DNA of 64,000 nucleotides from Chitinophagales bacterium (GTDB taxonomy: Bacteria; Bacteroidota; Bacteroidia; Chitinophagales; JADIYW01): assembly GCA_046329815.1 (NCBI GenBank), contig JAXLTY010000002.1:1198750-1262749 (forward strand), written 5' to 3'. The translations under genes were made by a program, and so were the position numbers. Below, in pieces: positions 18,092 through 26,269 of the stretch. The notes beneath the pieces are model-generated. The model did not search any database, was not told the DNA's origin, and saw only the letters and a program-made list of their open reading frames with translations. Positions within the stretch are counted from its first letter, which is position 1; each line of letters opens with the position of its first letter.

Positions 18092-19698
18092 AGATTCAAA
18101 ACAGTTCTGCCATATCTTTCAAAGAAAGCATCATTTATATTTTCTAACTTCATATTTTGTATAGACGCTATCTGATTCAATACCGAATTTTCAGTCAACT
18201 CATAGACAAACTGCTGCTGCTTATCAATTCCAGGAAATACGTTCTGTATCAACTTAATTTTCGCCTCAAATAATTCATCTGTATTACCATCATTTAACTG
18301 CTTATTTAAAAAATTCAGCACATTCAGAAATGCTTTATTAAACGCCGAACTACCTTTTATTCTGATAATTGTAACCAACCAGGTCTTAAAATCTTTGTAA
18401 TCATGCAGATTCAAACTTAATTGAAGCGATTGCGTAAACCGCGATGAATATTCAATGTAATTAAAATATACAAAACCGCTGATTATTAGCAGAAAGGTTT
18501 CATCTTGAAATTCATGATCAGAAAAATCAGTTTGCGATATCCATTTTTTTATTTTTTCTTGATTTTGTGTTGCTTCAGCATTTGTTTCCTTTTCATGCAG
18601 CCAGAATTTAATTGTTTCAATCAAATCCAAATAGGCGTTTCTGTTTTTTATAGCAGTTGTATTCGTTTGAAAAAGCGTTGGTGTTTCCTTTTCATAGATT
18701 GCAATAATTTCTCGTAGTTTTTCTTTGGAAAAACTTTTGATCGATAAATTTTCAGGATTCCAAACCACATTATAATGCAGTGAAATTTCTTCTTTATTAC
18801 AAAAAGAAAGTAATTCCGGAATATCTTGCCAATTCATCGTCATTGGGCAAGCAGCAATAGATAAGTAAGTATTTTTTTCTTTAGTAATTTTCTGAAAATA
18901 ACGAAGATGTTCCATCACACGATCAAAATTTGCACCAAGCCGAATCTTACTGTATGTTTCCTGGTTTATCGAATCAACAGACAGAATAATTCCAACATTT
19001 AATTGCTCCAGTATTCGCTTACCACGCTCGTTCAACACCGTTCCATTTGTCGTGATATGTACTTTTGTATTCGGATTAACTTCAATGATCTTTTCCCAAA
19101 TATCATAGTAAATATCAATCAAAAAAGGTTCGCCGCCAAGAAATTTCATATCAGTCAGCGTTGGCATAAAAACACTTAATTGCTCTACAAAATTCGCATC
19201 ATACACGAATGGAAATGGCTCTGATTTTTCCCTGTTTTTGCGAATGCTCGACGAAAAAAAACCGGAACACATCACGCATTCCAAATTGCAGGTATTCGAT
19301 AATTCCAATTCAAAAACACGCGGCATTGAATTGTCTTTTTTCAGCTTATTCTTAATAAAATCAGGCAATACAGAATGCGAAGCATATTCATCGTAAAAAC
19401 GTGCTTTAGTACCTGAAAAATTTTCCGCTTCAATCAGTTCTCGACACAAAGAACAACCACCTTGCAAATCATTTTTTTTTATAGTTGATCTTAATTTTTC
19501 AGCAGCATTTCCTGTCCATGCAGACAAAATAGTATCATCCGGATATTTTCCTAAAATCTCTTTGCGATTGTAGCAGCAAGCTGTCATGTTTCCGTTTTGC
19601 TCAAAATTCAAATTCACAAACGGCGCATGACAAATCAATGATTTATCGGTGTTTTTTCTGAACTGATTATATTTCGCTATTGCTTTTCGTGACAACAT
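18088..19698 (-). CDS. Radical SAM enzyme with N-terminal Cys-rich (twitch/SPASM-like) module
   Basis: The CX3CX2C motif lies in SNTCNLECVMCSG. It is preceded by CHAPFVNLNFEQNGNMTACC ... GGCSLC. The core GGEPFL motif is present. Confidence 0.8.
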   Translation of the reverse strand: MLSRKAIAKYNQFRKNTDKSLICHAPFVNLNFEQNGNMTACCYNRKEILGKYPDDTILSAWTGNAAEKLRSTIKKNDLQGGCSLCRELIEAENFSGTKARFYDEYASHSVLPDFIKNKLKKDNSMPRVFELELSNTCNLECVMCSGFFSSSIRKNREKSEPFPFVYDANFVEQLSVFMPTLTDMKFLGGEPFLIDIYYDIWEKIIEVNPNTKVHITTNGTVLNERGKRILEQLNVGIILSVDSINQETYSKIRLGANFDRVMEHLRYFQKITKEKNTYLSIAACPMTMNWQDIPELLSFCNKEEISLHYNVVWNPENLSIKSFSKEKLREIIAIYEKETPTLFQTNTTAIKNRNAYLDLIETIKFWLHEKETNAEATQNQEKIKKWISQTDFSDHEFQDETFLLIISGFVYFNYIEYSSRFTQSLQLSLNLHDYKDFKTWLVTIIRIKGSSAFNKAFLNVLNFLNKQLNDGNTDELFEAKIKLIQNVFPGIDKQQQFVYELTENSVLNQIASIQNMKLENINDAFFERYGRTVLNL

Positions 19699-19774
19699 TT
19701 GTCAATATTTAAGTAAACATTGCAATTGTGAAAATAGTTGTTTATTTTTATATGTCACTAACAAGTAAATTAAA

Positions 19775-21028
19775 TTGGAAAAAATTTACAACGCAATCCA
19801 TTCTGTCAAAAAAAAACTAAACGGAGTTCCTGATCCGAGAACTACTAATTTTTGTTATTATCCGTTTTTTGAAGTGTTAATGACTTCTGACGGAAGATAT
19901 AAACCTTGTTCCAAACATTTAGATTGCATCACACATCAAGGAAAAGAATTGCGTGTAAAAGACGCGTCGATACAAGAAGCATGGACTTCTGATTACATGT
20001 TGGATATTCGCGAAAAAATGCTAAACAACGAACGTCATGCCGGCTGTATAGAATGCTGGCGCGAACAGGACAACGGCGTTATTCCGATGCGTTTTGATTC
20101 TTTTGATTATGTTGTTCCAAAAACACAGGTAGAAAATCCAAAATATCCAATTAAGATTGAAATTAACGCAAGCAATGTTTGTAATTTAAAATGCAGAATT
20201 TGCACGTCGTTCGCTTCTACCAAATGGATGGCCGAAGAAAAAGCGTTGTATGGTTCAGCACAAGAAAAACATATCAATCTTACACAAGATAATTTACCGC
20301 AAATCATTGAGTTGTTGCCAACCATGAAAGAAATCAGTTTCTTTGGCGGCGAGCCCTTTTTATCGGAAGAAAATCTGGATTTATTGCGTTACTGCGTAAA
20401 AAGTGGTGATGCTAAACATATCCAAATCTTAGTGAATACCAACACTACTGTTTACACAGACGAAATTGCCGATTTACTGAAGAAATTTAAAAAAGTGTAC
20501 TTAAATTTTTCAATCGATGATATTGGAAAAAGATTTGAATACCAGCGCAAAGGTGCTGATTGGAATGAAGTGGTAGAAAATATGAAAAAGTATATAGCAC
20601 ATGGCGGCTATCATGGTTATAATAAAATTGAATGTAAAATTTGCTGCACCGTAACCAACATGAATATTTTTTATTTTCCGGAATATTTTGCGTTCATGAA
20701 TAAATACTTTCCTGGTTTGCCTGTATATTGGAATTTATTGTACAATCCTGAAGAATTCTCGGTTCAGATCTTACCGAAAGAAGTAAAAGACATAATTAAA
20801 GAACGATTGAAAAAAGAAGTAACTACTACTTACAAGATGGATTTGCATCGTACTAAAACCATTGATACGCTTATCACCTATCTGGAATTTGAGCAAGTTG
20901 GAAACTTTGATGATTTTTTCAAATTAGTAAACAGACACGATAAATACAGAAATGAAAAATTTGCAGAGATATTTCCTGAACTTTGGAATTTGATTGAAAA
21001 ATACGAACCACAAGAAATCTTAGTTTAA
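19775..21028 (+). CDS. Radical SAM enzyme with N-terminal Cys-rich (twitch/SPASM-like) module
   Basis: The CX3CX2C motif lies in NVCNLKCRICTS. It is preceded by CYYPFFEVLMTSDGRYKPC ... AGCIECW. GGEPFL is present. A TTG start is required to keep the Cys-rich module. Confidence 0.8.
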   Translation: MEKIYNAIHSVKKKLNGVPDPRTTNFCYYPFFEVLMTSDGRYKPCSKHLDCITHQGKELRVKDASIQEAWTSDYMLDIREKMLNNERHAGCIECWREQDNGVIPMRFDSFDYVVPKTQVENPKYPIKIEINASNVCNLKCRICTSFASTKWMAEEKALYGSAQEKHINLTQDNLPQIIELLPTMKEISFFGGEPFLSEENLDLLRYCVKSGDAKHIQILVNTNTTVYTDEIADLLKKFKKVYLNFSIDDIGKRFEYQRKGADWNEVVENMKKYIAHGGYHGYNKIECKICCTVTNMNIFYFPEYFAFMNKYFPGLPVYWNLLYNPEEFSVQILPKEVKDIIKERLKKEVTTTYKMDLHRTKTIDTLITYLEFEQVGNFDDFFKLVNRHDKYRNEKFAEIFPELWNLIEKYEPQEILV

Positions 21029-21041
21029 TTTATTTCACAGA

Positions 21042-22085
21042 ATGCCAGTATTTAAAGCTAATAAAAACATCGTTTATATTCTGTATGTTTTATTGGCAAC
21101 CTCATTTCTTTTTTTAGTTGGTGAATGCATTGCATATAAAATTTTAAAAAGCAGCAATCAATCATTTTCTTTATTTTATTTAAAAGAAAAGAAAGATAAC
21201 AACTCCATTGATTTCCTCAATGAATGCTGTGGTTACAACGAAGCCGATCCGTTATTAGGTTGGGCAATGACGAAAGAACAATTGGCAAAACGAAACCTGA
21301 AAACAAAAAACAACTGTGTTTATTTCGAAAATATTTTACCTGACAGCAAAGACACATTGATCATTTATATTTCAGGTGGTTCTACTTCTGATGTTGGTTT
21401 AATGCCTGATAATTGGCCTGTTGCTTTATTTAACATTTTAAAAGAAAAAAAGATATGCTGTCAATTGTATGTTGGTGCAATTGGTGCTTACAGTTCGAGC
21501 CAGGAATTACTAAAGTTCATTCGTGATGGTTTGCCGGTAAAACCAGATATTCATATTAGTTATTGTGGCGCAAATGAGTATGAAAATCCATATTTTGTTT
21601 CATCTTTTGAGCAAAATTTTTACGAAAAATCATTTGCAAAAACGAGTAAATTATTTCCAAATCTGGTGTATTGGGTTAAAACAAAATTCCACTTGAATCA
21701 AAGATCAATGACATTAAAACCACCACCAACTGCTGATGCGATTGGACAATGGAAAAAAAATATGGAAACCATGAAATCACTGGCAGATGGAAATCATTAC
21801 ACCTTTTGCGGAATTTTACAACCGGTTGCAGGCATTGGAAACATCAATAAATATAGCCAAGATGTAGGCACATTAGAATTTGTAAAACACTACAGAATAT
21901 TTTATCCATTGGCATTAGAACACATTAAAGAAACTGAATACCTGACTAATTTTACAAATATATTTAACAATGTTCAAGAGCCATTTTTTGATGATTGTCA
22001 TGTAAAAAAGCAATATCAAAAAATAATTGCTGATTCTGTTTATTCATTAATTGAAAAGAAAATGAAAATTAGTGACTTCCAATGA
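21042..22085 (+). CDS. Membrane-anchored SGNH/GDSL-like hydrolase or acyltransferase
   Basis: Has an N-terminal TM helix and candidate SGNH blocks ISGGSTSD (I), GAIGAYSS (II), YCGANEY (III) and FFDDCHV (V, DxxH). Confidence 0.45.
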   Translation: MPVFKANKNIVYILYVLLATSFLFLVGECIAYKILKSSNQSFSLFYLKEKKDNNSIDFLNECCGYNEADPLLGWAMTKEQLAKRNLKTKNNCVYFENILPDSKDTLIIYISGGSTSDVGLMPDNWPVALFNILKEKKICCQLYVGAIGAYSSSQELLKFIRDGLPVKPDIHISYCGANEYENPYFVSSFEQNFYEKSFAKTSKLFPNLVYWVKTKFHLNQRSMTLKPPPTADAIGQWKKNMETMKSLADGNHYTFCGILQPVAGIGNINKYSQDVGTLEFVKHYRIFYPLALEHIKETEYLTNFTNIFNNVQEPFFDDCHVKKQYQKIIADSVYSLIEKKMKISDFQ

Positions 22086-22325
22086 AAATAAATTTATAGA
22101 ATACATGCTTAGCACATTTTAATCTTGTATAATACATCCTTAATTTCTGATTTGTTACCTATAAACATGGATCATATAATATTAATTGACAATTTGAATT
22201 ATTAGTAGCATATTGTAATATAATTACATTACAATATAAATACATGAATTATCTCAAGTTCAATCGCCCACCATAAGTTTATTATGCAATGGTATTAATT
22301 ATTCTTTAAACAAAAAAACTATTTT

Positions 22326-24854
22326 ATGAAAAATCTAACAATAAAATTAATATGCTTAGTATTATTTTATAATATTTTAATTACTAAAGCACAAACACAA
22401 AACCCTCTTGATGACTGTATTTATACAGGCACACCACCATTAGTACTAGAAGGATACAATAGTGGAACAACTGCAGCTACCGGACAAATTGATTTTAACA
22501 CGACTCCTTCAGCGCCTAATCTTTTCTATAGAAATAGAATAATAGTTGGAGATCCAAATGGATCAACTAGTATTGGTTCTGAACCAACAAATCTTTCTGA
22601 TTTATACAATAGCATACCATTTGGCACAAAATTATTACCTTATCAAAGGTCTATGTTCCAATCTTATGGTGGTGTGGTTCATGATATCTCTGATGGGCGA
22701 AATGCAATATCAAGTTTAATACGTTTAAATGGCTTAGGTGTTTCATTTGGTACAATTTCTGAAGCCAGATACGATCAATTTCCTGATGGATCTGGCGGAA
22801 CAATAAAAGCAGCATATAATTTTGGTGTTCATGGTCAACATTCATTTTCAGACTATGCTGGTGGTACACTACCAGGTGGTGCTACTGATTATCAGACAGC
22901 AGGCGGTTATTTTATAAATTATCTTGCAGATAGTAAGGCTGTTTTTGGTCCTGTATTAAGGTTTCATGCTGGAGTTATTGGTGCGATACAAAATCAAGAA
23001 GGCAGTACAAGTTCTGCAGGCAATGCTGCTGTAATGGCAATTGACGATACAAAAGGAGAAGATCTAAATAATAATGGACTAAACTACGCCGGTTTATTTT
23101 CAGGCAGAGGATTATTTACCAGCCGAGTACGAATAGGATTGGTTGGTATCTCGCCCGCATCATCTGGTGTTACAACGGCTCTGCTGCATATTGATGGTAC
23201 TGGTATTACGGACGATGTTACCGGAGTTGTTGGCAGAAATGTATTACGTGTTGTTGGATTAACTGACAATAAAGAAAAGAGAGTGTTAGTATTAGATGAC
23301 GAAGATTATGTTCGAACCCAACCTTTTATATCATCCTGTACAGACAATTCATATAATTTAAATCATATAAATGGTACAAAGGATGACTTGGAATGTGGCA
23401 GAATTTGGGACAATGGCACTAATTCAAGCTCCGGTCAGGTTGGTATCAACTTTCCTACATTTGCATCAATAAACGCAACAATTAATTATACCGGCACAGC
23501 TCAGGACAATACAGGTGTAGATATAGTAACAACCGGTAGATTCAGAGCAATGAATATCACGCCACAATCGACTCCAACGCCTTCAATTGTTGGTATGGAT
23601 GATAAGAATGAATTAATTAAAATACCTTTTATATCATCATGCACAGACAATTCGTACAATCTAAACCATATAAATCTTGCAAAAGATGGCTTAGAATGTG
23701 GTAGAATTTGGGACAATGGTACTAATTCAACCTCTGGTCAGATCGGTATTAACTTCCCTACATTTGCATCGATAAACGCAACAGTTAATTATAGTGGCGC
23801 AGATCAGGATAATACAGGTGTAGATATAGTAACAACCGGTAGATTCAGAGCAATGAATATCACGCCACAATCGACTCCAACGCTTTCAATTGTTGGTATG
23901 GATGACAAGAATGAATTAATTAAAATACCGTATCCATCTACAGGATCATCTTATATTACAGCTAATTGCACTACTAGAAATCGTGTACCTAAAATACTGG
24001 CGAACGGTTCGCCAAATATGACATGCAGTCAAATATTTGATAATGGCACAAGCGTTGGTATTGGTACAACAACTGGTTTTGGTTATTTTGCAACACCTTA
24101 CAATGTCATTCATCCATGGCAACCATTGGTTCCGATAATAGGCAACCTAAAATTAAAAGTTAATGGTGTTACAATGAGCACCGGATATTTACTTGCTTCT
24201 GATTTAAGGTATAAAAAAAATATCAAGCCAATTGTAAATGCATTAGACAGAATAAAACTATTAAATGGAGTAACATATGAATGGAAAAAAGATGAATTTA
24301 AAGATAAAGATTTTGACGCATCAAGTCAGATAGGTTTTATTGCTCAAGAGGTAGAAAAAGTAATACCACAAGCAGTAATAAAAGATGATGAAGGTTATTA
24401 CGCAATGAATTATACGATGTTAATTCCTGTTCTTACGGAAGCTATTAAAGAACAACAATCTATAATAGATAAACAACAAAAAGCAATGGAAGATTTAAAA
24501 ACTAAATTATCTGCTTTAGAAAATAATGTTGATAGATGTTGCTTAAAATCTATTGGCAATGTTTCTATGGATCAAATACCATTGAATAAAGAAATTAAAC
24601 TCTATCAAAATATTCCAAACCCCTTTACCGAAGTAACAGAAATTAAATTTTATTTACCGGAAACAATTAAACAAGCAAGTCTAATTATTTATGACCTTCA
24701 AGGAAAGGAAATACTAAAAATGGATGTTACCGAACGTAATAATGCTTCAATAAAAATTAATGGGAAAGAATTAGCAGCAGGAATGTATATTTATTCTTTA
24801 ATTGCAGAGAATAAAGAAATAGACAGCAAACGAATGATCTTAACGAGTAAATAG
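22326..24854 (+). CDS. Secreted tail-fiber-like protein: signal peptide, 2 x 101-aa repeat, peptidase S74 intramolecular-chaperone-like domain, coiled coil, T9SS type-A C-terminal sorting domain
   Basis: Has a signal peptide (MKNLTIKLICLVLFYNILITKAQ). An S74-like block runs from about nt 24198 (SDLRYKKNIKPI...LLNGVTYEWK...QIGFIAQEVEKVIPQAV...YAMNYTMLIPVLTEAIKEQQ). The CTD reads LYQNIPNPFTE...LIIYDLQGKE...GMYIYSL. Confidence 0.7.
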   Translation: MKNLTIKLICLVLFYNILITKAQTQNPLDDCIYTGTPPLVLEGYNSGTTAATGQIDFNTTPSAPNLFYRNRIIVGDPNGSTSIGSEPTNLSDLYNSIPFGTKLLPYQRSMFQSYGGVVHDISDGRNAISSLIRLNGLGVSFGTISEARYDQFPDGSGGTIKAAYNFGVHGQHSFSDYAGGTLPGGATDYQTAGGYFINYLADSKAVFGPVLRFHAGVIGAIQNQEGSTSSAGNAAVMAIDDTKGEDLNNNGLNYAGLFSGRGLFTSRVRIGLVGISPASSGVTTALLHIDGTGITDDVTGVVGRNVLRVVGLTDNKEKRVLVLDDEDYVRTQPFISSCTDNSYNLNHINGTKDDLECGRIWDNGTNSSSGQVGINFPTFASINATINYTGTAQDNTGVDIVTTGRFRAMNITPQSTPTPSIVGMDDKNELIKIPFISSCTDNSYNLNHINLAKDGLECGRIWDNGTNSTSGQIGINFPTFASINATVNYSGADQDNTGVDIVTTGRFRAMNITPQSTPTLSIVGMDDKNELIKIPYPSTGSSYITANCTTRNRVPKILANGSPNMTCSQIFDNGTSVGIGTTTGFGYFATPYNVIHPWQPLVPIIGNLKLKVNGVTMSTGYLLASDLRYKKNIKPIVNALDRIKLLNGVTYEWKKDEFKDKDFDASSQIGFIAQEVEKVIPQAVIKDDEGYYAMNYTMLIPVLTEAIKEQQSIIDKQQKAMEDLKTKLSALENNVDRCCLKSIGNVSMDQIPLNKEIKLYQNIPNPFTEVTEIKFYLPETIKQASLIIYDLQGKEILKMDVTERNNASIKINGKELAAGMYIYSLIAENKEIDSKRMILTSK
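23322..23927 (+). repeat. In-frame tandem duplication, 2 x 303 bp (101 aa), inside the tail-fiber-like gene
   Basis: Units 23322-23624 and 23625-23927 both start PFISSCTDNSYNLNHIN. The distal ~119 bp (23508-23626 vs 23811-23929) differ at only 2 positions. The proximal part is clearly more diverged. Confidence 0.9.
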
Positions 24855-24866
24855 TTACTTATTTTA

Positions 24867-24903
24867 AATGCTGTAAGTGTTAATGATTAACACTTACAGC
24901 ATT
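24867..24903. terminator. Bidirectional terminator-like 17-bp perfect palindrome between convergent genes
   Basis: aatgctgtaagtgttaa-tga-ttaacacttacagcatt, flanked by A/T runs. The right arm overlaps the last codons of ORF 24880-26019. Confidence 0.55.
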
Positions 24904-26019
24904 GCTATTTTTATTTATAATTGGAAACATATAATCAGCAATACAATTTGCTACTTTTTCACAACCTTTATTGTTGTAATGTACTTCATCTTCAAAATAT
25001 TTTATTTCAGTTATAGCTGTATCCAGGTCAATTAAATAACAACTATTTTCTTGAGCTATTTCTTTAATAGCTATATTAAATGATTTTAACATGCAGGTAA
25101 ATTTTTCAAAATATATTTGTTGTCCGGAACCTAACTCATCAAAATTGATTTTGTTATTCTTTTCAAACCATGTATAATCCAAGGCATCAAAGTTATTTGC
25201 CTGTGTCATTAATATTGGAACTATATTATGAATTTTACAGGTAGCAACAAACATTTGCAGATTCTGTTTAAATTCAGTTATTATTATAGCAGAGTCTATC
25301 TGATTTGAAATGAGTTTATTTCTTAGACCTTTGAACTGATCTTGAACCCTGATGTTATCTTTGTTCAATAAAAAACGCAAATTTGGAAGCAATATATTGT
25401 TTTTAGGGTTTGGCAAAAAATCTTCCAAATAATATCCATAACTATTAATATTTGCTCTAACATTATTCTCTGTCCAATATGAACCTAAATAACAAAGCGT
25501 TACCAAATCATTGATGTTATGCATTAAAAAAGCATAATCAGGATGTTGTGGTACAACTTTATTAATTAATATATTCAATGAATGCAGCGAATTACTTCCA
25601 CCTGTTCCGCAGTTATATGAATTAATTTTTTTATTTATTTTTTTTTCTAAAATTCTTGCTGTTAATTCCGGAAATCTTTTATTTTCATCATTATACAAGC
25701 ATTCTGTAGTTGAACCACCCAAAAAAAATAATTTTATATCAGACGATGAAGAATTATTTTTACTAACTATAAATCCATTTTCATCTGTTCTTAAAACAGT
25801 ATGTAATGTATCTGATTTTATAAATGGAAATGGTTCAGGTGGTAATGGTTCAATATCAATTATAGAATTAGGTTTATGTTCTCTAAGACAAATGTATCTT
25901 TCATTTTGTGCTACTTTTCGAAATTTTCTGAAAGTAATTATTTCTGCCATTTTCTCTACCGCTATAACTAAGAAGAGACACACCAATATATTAGTAAATA
26001 TTACTGTATACTTTTTCAT
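24880..26019 (-). CDS. Membrane-anchored SGNH/GDSL-like hydrolase or acyltransferase
   Basis: Has an N-terminal TM helix and blocks FFLGGSTTE (I), CGTGGSNS (II), MHNINDL (III) and EDEVHYN (V, DxxH). Confidence 0.5.
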   Translation of the reverse strand: MKKYTVIFTNILVCLFLVIAVEKMAEIITFRKFRKVAQNERYICLREHKPNSIIDIEPLPPEPFPFIKSDTLHTVLRTDENGFIVSKNNSSSSDIKLFFLGGSTTECLYNDENKRFPELTARILEKKINKKINSYNCGTGGSNSLHSLNILINKVVPQHPDYAFLMHNINDLVTLCYLGSYWTENNVRANINSYGYYLEDFLPNPKNNILLPNLRFLLNKDNIRVQDQFKGLRNKLISNQIDSAIIITEFKQNLQMFVATCKIHNIVPILMTQANNFDALDYTWFEKNNKINFDELGSGQQIYFEKFTCMLKSFNIAIKEIAQENSCYLIDLDTAITEIKYFEDEVHYNNKGCEKVANCIADYMFPIINKNSNAVSVNH

Positions 26020-26106
26020 TTTATTTAATTTGCAAAATTAGTAATCTATAATTTATTATTTAAAGTGCAGGATTATTTCAAAGATAGAAGATAATTAAAA
26101 TTTAAA

Positions 26107-26216
26107 TAAAAGAGGTATTTCAAAAAGAAAAAAATCAAAAAATCATTGCTGATTCTGTTTTTGCATTGTTTGAAAAGGAATTCAATATTAAAGCATATGA
26201 AGTGATTAAAATGTAA
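26107..26216 (+). pseudogene. Relic of the 3' end of a paralog of gene 21042-22085
   Basis: 26136-26177 matches 22017-22058 at 37/42 nt, including a 16-nt exact run attgctgattctgttt. In the same frame it reads QKIIADSVFALFEK vs QKIIADSVYSLIEK. There is a stop 10 codons upstream and at 26214-26216, and no upstream body. Confidence 0.5.
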
Positions 26217-26269
26217 AAAACGTATTGTAACTTAGAGTTACGCATGTATTAACATTTTAATGTATATTT

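Noticed and set aside
22326-24854. Prophage or phage remnant suggested by the tail-fiber/S74-like domain
   Set aside because: No capsid, portal, terminase, baseplate, integrase or lysis genes are nearby. The protein has a Sec signal peptide and a T9SS CTD, so it is a cellular secreted protein that has co-opted a phage-type domain.
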